Assembly: GCA_027729805.1 (NCBI GenBank)
Contig: JAQCEO010000002.1
Location: 33,987 to 97,986, forward strand
Reading direction: 5' to 3'
DNA from: Actinomycetota bacterium
GTDB taxonomy: Bacteria; Actinomycetota; Actinomycetes; S36-B12
Length of the DNA: 64,000 nt
Positions 30,976 through 39,918 of this stretch are shown here, piece by piece. The notes under the pieces are model-generated. The model searched no databases. It worked only from the letters and a program-made list of their open reading frames with translations, and had not been told where the DNA came from. How positions within the stretch are numbered: position 1 is the first letter of the stretch; the number at the start of each line of letters is the position of its first letter. The position numbers were made by a program, and so were the translations under genes.

Positions 30976-33152
30976 GCATCGAAGCGGCATCATTATTTGC
31001 CTACCAAAACCTGCCGTGGCGGTCCTATCCGAACCTGAGTGCGGCCACTGCCTCACTTGACGGCCTGACTCCCAACGCTGCGGCCTTGATGCTGTACCAG
31101 TTGTTGTTGATTCGGGCTTTTGAGCAGTGGCTGGTGGACAACGAGACCTTGGTGCATGGCCCGTTGCATTCGAGTATCGGTCAGGAGGCGGTGGCGGTGG
31201 GGGCGATCGCCGCGCTGCAGCGCCAGGATCAGATTGCCTCCACGCACCGGGCCCACCATCATGTGTTGGCGCGTGTGGTTGCTAGTGCCGCGCATGATGC
31301 CGGGGGTTTCGCCCCCGCGAGTTCAGTTCCCACGCCGTCGCTGGTGTGTGAAGCGATCCTTAAGACGCTGGCTGAGATTCTCGGACTCCGGCAGGGGTTT
31401 GCCGGCGGTCGTGGTGGTTCTATGCACCTCGGGTGTATCGACGCCGGGGTACTGGGCACGAGTGCGATCGTCGGCGGCGGCATCCCGATGGCCACGGGGG
31501 CGGCTTTCGCGTTCGCCCAACGCGGCTCGGGGGGAGTGGCCCTCGCTTTCTTTGGGGATGGTGCCGCATCAATCGGTGCGTTGCATGAGGCCATGGCGAT
31601 GTCGCGGGTGATGTCTTTGCCGATGATCTTCCTGGTGGAGAATAACCTTTACTCGGTGGCCACCACGGTGGCCGAGACCGTCGGGTTCCCGGATATCGCA
31701 ATCCGAGCCGCGGGCCACGACATGCCGGGCATCATCGTGGACGGCATGGACCCGCTCGCGGTGCGCGCGGGGGTGGTGCAGGCGCGGGCGCACGCGGCTG
31801 CCGGTCACGGGCCGGTGCTGATTGAGGCGAAGACGTACCGCTATCTGCACCAATCTGGGCGCCTACCCGGGAGCGACTACCGCTACCGCACCAAGGAGGA
31901 GGAGAGCCAGTGGCTCGGGCGTGATCCGATCGATCATTTCCCGGCGACTCTTATTGCTGCTGGACTCGTTGATGCTGCGGGGTTGGCGACCATCCGTGCC
32001 CGAATCGAGTCTGATCTTGCGGTAGCGATTGAGACCGTCGTCGAAGTTGGTGCTGAGGGGCCCCGCATCCGCGAGGATGCCTGGCCCGATCCCAGCGACG
32101 CTGTCCGCGGGGTGCGGGCAATGGGCAGCGCGCCGGCTCAGGTCTTAGAGCCGGTGGCGGCCGGGGAGAGCGTGACCTATCAGCAGGCCATCTCGATGGT
32201 GCTGGAGCGGGCCATGCAGCGGGACCCGGAGGTGTTCGTGATCGGTGAGGAGGTTGGTCACCTGCGCGGTGGCGCGTATGGGACCACCCGGCATGTGTGC
32301 CGAAACTTCCCCGAGCGCGTGTTTAGTTCCCCGATCTCGGAGAACGGTTTTAGTGGGCTGGCCCTTGGGTCGGCGCTGATGGGGATGCGACCGGTTGTGG
32401 AGTTGATGTTCCCCGATTTCGCCCTTGAGGCCGCCGATCAATTGTTCAACCACGTGCCGAAGGTCCGGCACATGTTCGGTGGCGACGTGGACGTACCTCT
32501 CCTCGTGCGTACCCGCACGGCGCAGGGCCGGGGCTTTGGCCCGCAACATAGCTGCGACCCCGCCGCGTTGTTCGCGCTCTTCCCAGGGTGGCGGATCATC
32601 GCCCCCTCGACCCCGGCGGACTACATAGGACTGTTCAACTCCGCGATCACCGGCACCGACCCGGTCTTGATAATCGAGCACTACCGACTTTGGACCATGG
32701 AAGGGCCGATCCCAGATCTAGATGCCCAGATTCCGCTGGGCAAGGGACGTATCGTGCGCCCGGGACGCGACCTGACTGTACTCACCTGGTCGCACCCGGT
32801 GCACCGAGTCAATGCGATCGCGCAGGACCTTGCACTGGAGGGAATCGAGGCGGAGGTGATCGACCTACGCACCATCGATCCCCTCGGCATCGACTGGGAA
32901 CTGGTCAGCGAGTCGGTGCGGCGCACCGGAGCAGTTGCCATCGTTGAAGACGCAACCGCCTCCCACGCGCTCGGACCCCGCATCTCACAGGTCATCCACG
33001 AACGCCACTTCGCGGACCTCCGCGTCCCCGTGCAGGTGATAACAGGACTCGACGTCCCCACCCCCGTCTCCCGCGTACTCGAGGAGTATGTACTGCTCTC
33101 TGATACAGCAATTGCTGGGGCGCTTCGGAATCTGGGGATTTGTGGTGACTGA
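30972..33152 (+). CDS. Fused 2-oxoacid dehydrogenase E1 component (alpha and beta subunits in one polypeptide), TPP-dependent
   Basis: Alpha part: HSSIGQEAVAVGA, FFGDGAASIGALHEAMAMS...LVENNLYS. Beta part: FVIGEEVG..GGAYGTT...SPISENGFSGLALGSALMGMRPVVELMF. About 726 aa from ATG 30972. Confidence 0.85.
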   Translation: MSIEAASLFAYQNLPWRSYPNLSAATASLDGLTPNAAALMLYQLLLIRAFEQWLVDNETLVHGPLHSSIGQEAVAVGAIAALQRQDQIASTHRAHHHVLARVVASAAHDAGGFAPASSVPTPSLVCEAILKTLAEILGLRQGFAGGRGGSMHLGCIDAGVLGTSAIVGGGIPMATGAAFAFAQRGSGGVALAFFGDGAASIGALHEAMAMSRVMSLPMIFLVENNLYSVATTVAETVGFPDIAIRAAGHDMPGIIVDGMDPLAVRAGVVQARAHAAAGHGPVLIEAKTYRYLHQSGRLPGSDYRYRTKEEESQWLGRDPIDHFPATLIAAGLVDAAGLATIRARIESDLAVAIETVVEVGAEGPRIREDAWPDPSDAVRGVRAMGSAPAQVLEPVAAGESVTYQQAISMVLERAMQRDPEVFVIGEEVGHLRGGAYGTTRHVCRNFPERVFSSPISENGFSGLALGSALMGMRPVVELMFPDFALEAADQLFNHVPKVRHMFGGDVDVPLLVRTRTAQGRGFGPQHSCDPAALFALFPGWRIIAPSTPADYIGLFNSAITGTDPVLIIEHYRLWTMEGPIPDLDAQIPLGKGRIVRPGRDLTVLTWSHPVHRVNAIAQDLALEGIEAEVIDLRTIDPLGIDWELVSESVRRTGAVAIVEDATASHALGPRISQVIHERHFADLRVPVQVITGLDVPTPVSRVLEEYVLLSDTAIAGALRNLGICGD

Positions 33153-33798
33153 CTCTTTTCTGGAGCACCGATCCCTTCGCGAACTGATTGCCCAGGATCT
33201 ACGGAGCAGGATCCTCGCCAAGGACATCGCGCCGGGGGACAAACTCGATGTCGCCGGCATCGCTAGCCAGTACGGGGTGAGTTCTGGTTCTGTGCGGGAG
33301 GCGGCCTTCCTGCTTGAATCCGAGGGGCTAGTCGTCATCAACCCCCGGCGCGGAATCACCGTTCGAGTCGTCACCCCGACCGATCTTCTCGAGATCTACG
33401 CGGTCCGCGAGGTGATCGATGTCGCCGCAGCGATTCTTGTTGCCGCAGCACATAACGAGGAACAACTCAGCAGGCTCAGAGCGGGACAAGAGCGCGTCGA
33501 GCAGTGTTGGGACGAGGGCGGATTCGCATCGGGTCTAGCGGCGGACCTTAAATTCCATGTCCTGTTGGCTCAGCTGAGTGGGAACTCGCATCTGCTCTCG
33601 ATCTCGATGAACCTAACGGATCAGACACGTCTGCATCTGCAGCCGGTCCAGGCCGCGGATGCGTCGATCCGAAAACGTCCCCCCGAGCACCTGCATGCGT
33701 CAATGATCGACTCGATCGTTAGTGGGGACGAGGACTCGATCCGAGGGGCCTGTGCATCCCACTACGCCTTCTCGCGTACCCGTCTCACGCATGAGTGA
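33145..33798 (+). CDS. GntR-family (FCD) transcriptional regulator
   Basis: wHTH LDVAGIASQYGVSSGSVREAAFLLESEGLVVINPRRGITV. GTG 33145 overlaps the E1 stop (33150-33152). Confidence 0.85.
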   Translation: MTDSFLEHRSLRELIAQDLRSRILAKDIAPGDKLDVAGIASQYGVSSGSVREAAFLLESEGLVVINPRRGITVRVVTPTDLLEIYAVREVIDVAAAILVAAAHNEEQLSRLRAGQERVEQCWDEGGFASGLAADLKFHVLLAQLSGNSHLLSISMNLTDQTRLHLQPVQAADASIRKRPPEHLHASMIDSIVSGDEDSIRGACASHYAFSRTRLTHE

Positions 33799-33810
33799 AT
33801 AATCACCGCC

Positions 33811-34854
33811 ATGGGTGCTGAGGTTCCTAGTGCGGAAACGATTCGGTGCGACCTGCGCGATGCTGGAATCCTGACCTCCGATGCGGTGCTCACGCCGTTG
33901 ACGGGCGGGGTGTCGTGCGAGGTCTGGCGGGTGCATCCGGCGCATGTGACGCCGGCCTTATTGCGCGCCAATCCCCACGGTCTCGTCGTCAAAGCCCCGT
34001 TGGCAACACTGCGGACGCCGGAACTTTGGCAGGCCGATGTCTCGCGTGGGTATGCCGAATCGGCCGCATTGGCCTGGTACGGGACCAAGACGGCGGATGC
34101 GGTCCCGCGGGTGGTCTGGCGTCATCCCACCGCACCCGTCCTGGTAGTTGAGTCGGCCCCCCTCGGTTGGGCGGACTGGCGGCAGCAGCTGCTCAACGCC
34201 GCAGCGGACTCACGGGAGGTGACAGGTGAACGCCTAGTGCGTATCAGTGCGCATCTGGGTTCCACACTTGCCGCGTGGCATCTGGGCAGCCGGGACACGG
34301 GAGTGTTACCCGAGGTGCTGCTCACCGGTGATCGCCTGCGCACGTTACGCACCGATCCGTTCCATCGCGCCACCGCCAACGAGGTGCCTGACATTGGGCC
34401 GCAACTGCGCGCACTGGCCGATGAACTCGAGTCCGCCCGGACCTGTCTGGTGCATGGTGACTTCTCACCGAAGAACGTGCTTGTCAGCGCACCCACTGTT
34501 CCTTTCGGGGCGTGGATGCTCGACGCCGAGGTCGCCCATTTAGGTGATCCCGCCCTCGATGTCGCTTACCTGTCCACCCACCTAGCCTGCAAGGGTGTGG
34601 CGCGGCCTCAGTTGGCTGCGTCCTTGGATGGAGCCAGACGCGCGTTCGAGGACGCGTATCGCCGGGACAGTGACCTAGTCGCCGTCGAGCGTTGGGATCG
34701 GCACACGGGGGCGATCTTGGCCGCGCGCGTGCGGGGTGTCTCGCGGGTTAGCTACCTGGCACCTGAGCAGCAGGTTTTCGTCCTGGGTTTGGCGCGCGGC
34801 CTAGTGCGCGGTGAGCTGAGTCTTAATGAAGTGTGGGAGCAGATCCTCGCGTGA
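33811..34854 (+). CDS. Aminoglycoside-phosphotransferase-fold small-molecule kinase
   Basis: Catalytic loop LVHGDFSPKNVLV and DAEVAHLGDPALDVA (APH/MtnK-like Brenner and metal-binding motifs). Confidence 0.7.
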   Translation: MGAEVPSAETIRCDLRDAGILTSDAVLTPLTGGVSCEVWRVHPAHVTPALLRANPHGLVVKAPLATLRTPELWQADVSRGYAESAALAWYGTKTADAVPRVVWRHPTAPVLVVESAPLGWADWRQQLLNAAADSREVTGERLVRISAHLGSTLAAWHLGSRDTGVLPEVLLTGDRLRTLRTDPFHRATANEVPDIGPQLRALADELESARTCLVHGDFSPKNVLVSAPTVPFGAWMLDAEVAHLGDPALDVAYLSTHLACKGVARPQLAASLDGARRAFEDAYRRDSDLVAVERWDRHTGAILAARVRGVSRVSYLAPEQQVFVLGLARGLVRGELSLNEVWEQILA

Positions 34855-34866
34855 TCACGGGCTGGG

Positions 34867-35754
34867 TCAGCCGATGGGAGAGAAGATGTGCTCGGGTGTT
34901 CCCTGCCGGTTCACGTCGAGCATGAGTACCCGTCCCGCATCGGGTTCGTCGTCGAACACCGGGTAGTTTCCGCCGCCACCGATCGTTGTCAAAAACAGCG
35001 TGCGCAGATCCGGGCCGCCGAAGACCGGGCAGGTGGGTCGACGCACCGGAAGATCAATGCGTTCGACGAGGTGTCCAGCTGCATCGAAGCAGGCCAATGC
35101 ACCGCCGTGCACGCATGCCACCCAGACGTGGTCTTGGGAGTCGATGCAGGCACCATCCGGGCCGCCAACAAGACCCACGGCCGCGAAAGTCACGTGCGGC
35201 TCGCCCGTGCCACTCACAGTGGGAGCGGTCGAGGCCTCGTTAAAGAGCCAGCAGGTGCCATGAAGGGTGTCTGCCCAGTGCATACCGGCGGGCGTTGAGA
35301 CGAGAGCGTTCGCGACACCGACATCGATGATGGCGGGTTCCCAAGTCCAGTCCGGGTGCACGCGATAGATCGTGCCAATGAAGAGGCGGTCCTTGGCGGG
35401 CACGTGCATCGAGCCGACCCAGAAGTCACCGGCGGTACTAACCCGGCCATCGTTGAGTCGTACGGATGTGTGCGGAATTGGCAGGGTGATTTTCCAGTCG
35501 ATGCTGCCATCTAGGTGTAGCAGGCCGATGCGGTGCTCGCTGGCCAGCACCAAGGTGTTGGGGTCGGGGGTGAGCGCGATGCTGCCCGGGCGGTCTTCGA
35601 GGGTCAGCGAGATCACCTGCTCGGTGTCCCAACTCCATCGGTGCACCTGCTTGCCATCAATATCGACCCAGAGCAGGTGATCGGTGCGGTCGTCCCACAG
35701 CGGTGATTCACCGAGGACGCACCGCGGCCCGATGGCACGCTGGATGATGTTCAC
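34867..35754 (-). CDS. SMP-30/gluconolactonase/LRE-family protein (sugar lactonase-type beta-propeller)
   Basis: LGESPLWDD...LLWVDI...NDGRVS..G.FWVGSM...PDG..ID pattern; 295 aa. Confidence 0.8.
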   Translation of the reverse strand: MNIIQRAIGPRCVLGESPLWDDRTDHLLWVDIDGKQVHRWSWDTEQVISLTLEDRPGSIALTPDPNTLVLASEHRIGLLHLDGSIDWKITLPIPHTSVRLNDGRVSTAGDFWVGSMHVPAKDRLFIGTIYRVHPDWTWEPAIIDVGVANALVSTPAGMHWADTLHGTCWLFNEASTAPTVSGTGEPHVTFAAVGLVGGPDGACIDSQDHVWVACVHGGALACFDAAGHLVERIDLPVRRPTCPVFGGPDLRTLFLTTIGGGGNYPVFDDEPDAGRVLMLDVNRQGTPEHIFSPIG

Positions 35755-37364
35755 GCGCTGCCCTTAGTGGTGAATCGCCGAAGTACGTTTCGCGTCACGA
35801 TCGCGCACTCGCGGTCGCCCTCGTGCAGGCTCGCTGGCCACTCGGTGCTGCCCGCGCAAAAGACTTCGCCAGCGCCGACGGGCATTGAGGTGATCATCGC
35901 GGCACCGTAGCGGCACCGGTCGCGGTGTTCGGGGGTGTCCGATCCGTAGCGCAGAATCGCGATTCCGGCGAGATCGTTGTCCAGCGGATCGAATAGGGAG
36001 CCCGGATTGCCGTGGTCCTCCTCCTCCGATGTGGTCGGGGTGAGCGCGAGGATGTCCAAGCTGCTCGGGGTGCCGTCGGATCCGGTTGGGTACGGAAGTC
36101 CGTTTCGTATCGTGTAGTCCACGCCGTCGGCCTCGTAACTGACCAGATTCGTCCCCGCACCGATCACATCACCGAAATAGGTATCGAGTCCGTCGAAGGC
36201 CCAGTGGCGCGGTCGGTAGACGATGAATCCGCCGACACCCCGGATCATGCTGCCGCCCCAGCCGGCATACAGGCCACGCGTGGCGTTGCCACCGAACTCG
36301 GTGACTGGAGGACGATCGATCGCGAGCCCCTCGAAGGCGCCGGTGCGTATCTCCACGGGCCCGTGGCGTTGGGGATCATCGTCGGCGCGGAACTTGTAGC
36401 ACTCGGTCACCTGCGCCTGCGCATCGGCACGCACCTGCCACATGATGTTCCCGCCGAAGCGGGCGTGCTTGCCACCTGCGCTCAAGAACCGGGCCAGTAC
36501 GTCTCGGCCGGTGGCCGACCAGTACTCGTCGTGACCGCAGGTGATGACGCAGTCGTAACCGTCGAGGATCGTCGGGTCGCGATCGAGATCCCATTGGCTC
36601 AGCAGATCGCAGGCGATGCCCTCGCGTTCCAGCCATCCCGCCATCAAACCGTCATAGCGCGCCCATCCAGAAGAAGCGGACCAGTGCGCATACCCGTTCG
36701 CATACGCCCACTCGGTCCACTCGTGGCGCACCGCCCACCCGATAGGTGGTCGGCGGATCGAACCGAACCTCGGTGCACCGACCGGGCAGCGGATCTGACC
36801 GCGTGACCAGGGGCGCTGCAGGCTCAGGCGCGGTTCGAAGGTGCTGGGGAAGACCCCGCGGAGTGCTGTATAGGAGTTCGCCCCACCCCAGTCGTTGTAG
36901 GCGTTCCAGGTGTACGTCGATGCGATCAAGGCCAGCGGAGCGCGGCGCTGCGGGTGCGCTCGAAGGATGAAGAACCCGTCCTGGCTGACTCGCGCATCGC
37001 CACTCCTGCCTTCGGCGACGATGACGTACCCGCCGCTCGGCCAGTCGTCGGGAATATCCAAGGTGAACTCCGCCGGCCATCGGCAACCCGCACGCACCGC
37101 ATCCGGTGGCATGTCGTACCAGACCCCGCGCTGCGGGCCGAGTTCGGCCATGGTGCGCGGCTCTGCCCCTGCACGCACGAGGAACAGAAGGACTTCGTCG
37201 GCGTTGCTGCTGACATGGAAGCTCGCGGTGTCACCCGGCGCGTAGGAGGGCTGTCCTGAGTAGACCCATACCTGCAGGTGTGATGGGTCGGGGAGCTCCG
37301 GCCACTGGGCGTCCTGCCAGGTACGCCACTGGCCCTCGGCCAATGCAGGTGGATCGGACCCCAT
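35751..37364 (-). CDS. Large protein resembling N,N-dimethylformamidase large-subunit-like (DUF6605-type) proteins; function unknown
   Basis: 537 aa. The segment LALIASTYTWNAYNDWGGANSYT and the later GYDCVITCGHDEYWS resemble what I remember of DMFase-beta-like proteins. The family call is from memory and was not verified. Confidence 0.4.
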   Translation of the reverse strand: MGSDPPALAEGQWRTWQDAQWPELPDPSHLQVWVYSGQPSYAPGDTASFHVSSNADEVLLFLVRAGAEPRTMAELGPQRGVWYDMPPDAVRAGCRWPAEFTLDIPDDWPSGGYVIVAEGRSGDARVSQDGFFILRAHPQRRAPLALIASTYTWNAYNDWGGANSYTALRGVFPSTFEPRLSLQRPWSRGQIRCPVGAPRFGSIRRPPIGWAVRHEWTEWAYANGYAHWSASSGWARYDGLMAGWLEREGIACDLLSQWDLDRDPTILDGYDCVITCGHDEYWSATGRDVLARFLSAGGKHARFGGNIMWQVRADAQAQVTECYKFRADDDPQRHGPVEIRTGAFEGLAIDRPPVTEFGGNATRGLYAGWGGSMIRGVGGFIVYRPRHWAFDGLDTYFGDVIGAGTNLVSYEADGVDYTIRNGLPYPTGSDGTPSSLDILALTPTTSEEEDHGNPGSLFDPLDNDLAGIAILRYGSDTPEHRDRCRYGAAMITSMPVGAGEVFCAGSTEWPASLHEGDRECAIVTRNVLRRFTTKGSA

Positions 37365-37376
37365 GCCGTAATTCTC

Positions 37377-38294
37377 CTAGCCGATCGGTGTGAGGTCGTA
37401 GAACTCGATCGCGGTGCCCGCGAATAGCCGCGCCCGCTCCGCTGGGGTGAAGTCGGCGGTGATCTGCGAGAAAGCCTGGAAGATCGTGGGGTAATCGGTG
37501 TAGAGCTTGTCGACGGGAAAATTGCTCGCAAACATGGCCCGCTCGGAACCGAAGATGTCGATCGCCGACAAGACGATCGGGCGGATCGAATCTGCGGTCC
37601 AGTCGTGATCTAGCATGCCCAACCCCGAGATTTTCACCGAGACATTCGGGTTGGCCGCCAGGGCGCGCATCCCCGCCCGCCACATCGTCATCGATTCTTC
37701 GTCGCGGTCGATGGGAAAGCCGGTGTGGTTCAGCGCGACGCGTGCGTCGGGGTACGCGGCGACTAGGGCGGCTGCCTCCTGCATTTGATTGGGCCAGATC
37801 TGCATGTCGAAGCGCAGTCCCATCCGCGCCAGAAGCGCAAAGCCGCGCCGCCAATCGCTGCTGGACATGTAGTCCCCGTGCTCGACAAAGGACCGCCCGG
37901 GGACGGTGTCCCAGTTGAGCATATGGCGGATGCCGCGGAACCGGTCGTACTTCGCGTGGGCCTCGAGCAGGGACTGTACATCGGGGTGGGAGAGGTCAGC
38001 GAAGCCCACGATTCCCATCGGGAATCCGGTCTCGGCGGCCTGCTGGGTGAGCCAGGCGGTTTCGCCCACCGGATTGGCCGGGTCGAACTCGGCCTGGACG
38101 TGGACCGAGGCGACCACCGGCAGCCCAACGGTATCGGCCAGATAATCGGTGGCGAGGTAGTTCTGGCAGATGGACTCGTAGTCCCCGACAAAGTTGATCA
38201 CGCGGGGATTGGCGTGCAGCCAGATGTGGTAGTCGCGCATGTCCCAAAGGTGGTGGTGCGCATCAGCGATGGGCGGGATTTCGACGTCCGTCAT
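37377..38294 (-). CDS. Amidohydrolase-2 (PF04909-type) metal-dependent hydrolase, sugar-lactonase/decarboxylase class
   Basis: N-terminal IADAHHHLWD metal-binding motif and a later HTGFP...D pattern, as in the L-fucono-1,5-lactonase / LigI group. Confidence 0.75.
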   Translation of the reverse strand: MTDVEIPPIADAHHHLWDMRDYHIWLHANPRVINFVGDYESICQNYLATDYLADTVGLPVVASVHVQAEFDPANPVGETAWLTQQAAETGFPMGIVGFADLSHPDVQSLLEAHAKYDRFRGIRHMLNWDTVPGRSFVEHGDYMSSSDWRRGFALLARMGLRFDMQIWPNQMQEAAALVAAYPDARVALNHTGFPIDRDEESMTMWRAGMRALAANPNVSVKISGLGMLDHDWTADSIRPIVLSAIDIFGSERAMFASNFPVDKLYTDYPTIFQAFSQITADFTPAERARLFAGTAIEFYDLTPIG

Positions 38295-38330
38295 CGCGCT
38301 CCTTCCTGGGTACGGGCAGTTTCCTGGAAA

Positions 38331-38347
38331 TTGTTGATCGTCAACAA
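38331..38347. promoter_or_regulatory. Inverted repeat TTGTTGA-TCG-TCAACAA in the divergent amidohydrolase/VOC intergenic region (candidate GntR-type operator)
   Basis: 7-bp perfect arms with a 3-nt spacer, read directly. It lies 37 nt upstream of the minus-strand start (38294) and 47 nt upstream of ATG 38394. Confidence 0.45.
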
Positions 38348-38393
38348 TCGCTGGACTAGCCTAGGGGCTCCCCAAGTTGAAAGGAGACTGTTT

Positions 38394-38840
38394 ATGCAGG
38401 TTCGAGTACTCAATCACATTGCCGTCACGGTCACCGACACCCAGCGGTCCTTGGACTTCTATGTCGGGAAGTTGGGCCTGGTGCAGGTAGAGCAGCATCA
38501 ACTCCCGAAGTCTTCCATCGATACGGTGTTCGGACTCACGGGTGCCTCTGGTACATCGACCCGCCTCCAGGTGCCCGGCCAACCCGACATCCTCATCGAC
38601 ATCATGGAGATCTTGGGGGCGGAAGCAGGGACCGTGGTGCAGCCGTTGGGATCGATCGGTTCCACCCACATGGCATTCACCGTGGACAACCTCGACGAGG
38701 CGGTAGCCGAACTGAAGGCCAAGGGGGTTTCCTTCATCTCCGAGCCGGTGACCTTCCACCTGACCGAAGGGTCGGTGACCGTGTGCTTCATGCACGATCC
38801 GGATGGCAACTACGTCGAACTCGAAGAGGTACACGCATAG
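38394..38840 (+). CDS. VOC (glyoxalase/dioxygenase) family protein, copy 2
   Basis: LNHIAVTVTDTQRSLDFYVGKLGL...CFMHDPDGNYVELEE; ATG 38394 is preceded by AAGGAG (38381-38386). The 609-nt 5' extension in the ORF track is antisense to the amidohydrolase gene. Confidence 0.8.
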   Translation: MQVRVLNHIAVTVTDTQRSLDFYVGKLGLVQVEQHQLPKSSIDTVFGLTGASGTSTRLQVPGQPDILIDIMEILGAEAGTVVQPLGSIGSTHMAFTVDNLDEAVAELKAKGVSFISEPVTFHLTEGSVTVCFMHDPDGNYVELEEVHA

Positions 38841-38883
38841 GAATCCCTGCTGGTTAAAGGGATGTTGTCAGGGATGGTGAGTT

Positions 38884-39918
38884 ATGTTGCGCTGGGGCTT
38901 GTTGAGCACCGCCCGGATCAATGATCGCATCATCGACGCGGTGGGCCGCTCCGATCGGTCGACGCTGGTGGCGGTGGGCTCGCGTGCTGCCGAGCGTGCG
39001 AAGTCCTATGCGGCTGCACGTGGGATTCCAATGGCCTTCGGAAGTTACGAGGAACTCATCGGCTCCGCCGAAATCGATGCGATCTACCTTTCCTTGCCCA
39101 ACCACCTGCACGCGCAGTGGTCGATCGCTGCACTCGAGGCGGGCAAGCACGTGCTCTGTGAGAAGCCGCTGGCGTTGACCGTGGCCGAGGTCGACCGTAT
39201 GACCGAGGCTGCACAGCGCGCCGGCCGGGTGCTGCAGGAGGCTTCCGCGCCGCGGTTCCACCCGCAGACCGCGGATATCGCATCGATCATTGCCTCCGGC
39301 AAACTTGGTCGCATCCTGCTGTGTCAAAGCGCCTTCGAGTTCACCTTGCCGGCAACGAAGGACATCCGCCTCGATCCGGCAATCGGCGGAGGAGCGCTGT
39401 GGGATTTGGGCTGTTACCCGGTCACGTTCTTTCAGGCGGTGCTGGGCGAGAACCCCGAGGTGGTCTACGGACAAGCATTTATTGGCCCGTCAGGAGTTGA
39501 TCTCGCCTTCGCCGGGACGATGGGCTACCGCTCCGGGGCGAGCGTGCAGTTCACCGCGAGCATGACCACGCCCATTGCTCGCAGTGCGCGCATCGTAGGA
39601 GAGCGCGGTTCGCTCGAGCTCGATCAGCCGTGGTTAACCAATATCGGTGGTCAGACATCGGTTCGACAGTGGTCGATGCGCGCGTCGTCGGGGTCGGGCA
39701 CATTCGGCGATGATCCTGACCAACTCGAACTCACTAAGTGGGACTACGGTCCCAGCGACGTCTACCTCGATGAAGTGCGTGGCTTCGAGGAGATAGTCCT
39801 GATGGGTGCGCCGTCGCCCTATCCGCCCGCGGATAGCAGAATCAACACCGAGGTCATGACTAGGCTGCACGAGTCGATCCGGACGGGTGGTCCGGTGCGG
39901 ATAGGGATGGGTTCATGA
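38884..39918 (+). CDS. Gfo/Idh/MocA-family oxidoreductase
   Basis: LRWGLLSTARINDRII Rossmann N-terminus; VLCEKPLA motif. Confidence 0.8.
   Translation: MLRWGLLSTARINDRIIDAVGRSDRSTLVAVGSRAAERAKSYAAARGIPMAFGSYEELIGSAEIDAIYLSLPNHLHAQWSIAALEAGKHVLCEKPLALTVAEVDRMTEAAQRAGRVLQEASAPRFHPQTADIASIIASGKLGRILLCQSAFEFTLPATKDIRLDPAIGGGALWDLGCYPVTFFQAVLGENPEVVYGQAFIGPSGVDLAFAGTMGYRSGASVQFTASMTTPIARSARIVGERGSLELDQPWLTNIGGQTSVRQWSMRASSGSGTFGDDPDQLELTKWDYGPSDVYLDEVRGFEEIVLMGAPSPYPPADSRINTEVMTRLHESIRTGGPVRIGMGS

Noticed and set aside
30854-31060. 68-aa plus-strand ORF in the E1 leader and start region
   Set aside because: It reads into the E1 coding region in a different frame, is Arg/Ser/Thr-rich, and its GTG is 21 nt from the nearest SD-like sequence. 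The 30814-30975 frame with the ATGA junction is the better small-ORF candidate.
36755-36765. 11-nt match (GGATCGAACCG) to the T-arm region of tRNA-Gly, considered as a possible att repeat for the island
   Set aside because: It is too short, lies inside a coding region in the middle of the island, and is not at a plausible boundary. It is probably chance in GC-rich DNA.
36926-37854. Minus- and plus-strand ORFs of 100-207 aa overlapping the DMFase-like and amidohydrolase genes in other frames
   Set aside because: These are Arg/Pro/Ser-rich shadow frames. The annotated frames carry the family motifs and coupled start/stop junctions.
37785-38393. 609-nt 5' extension of the VOC ORF (351-aa call)
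   Set aside because: It is antisense to the amidohydrolase gene. VOC homology starts at ATG 38394, which has a perfect AAGGAG SD.
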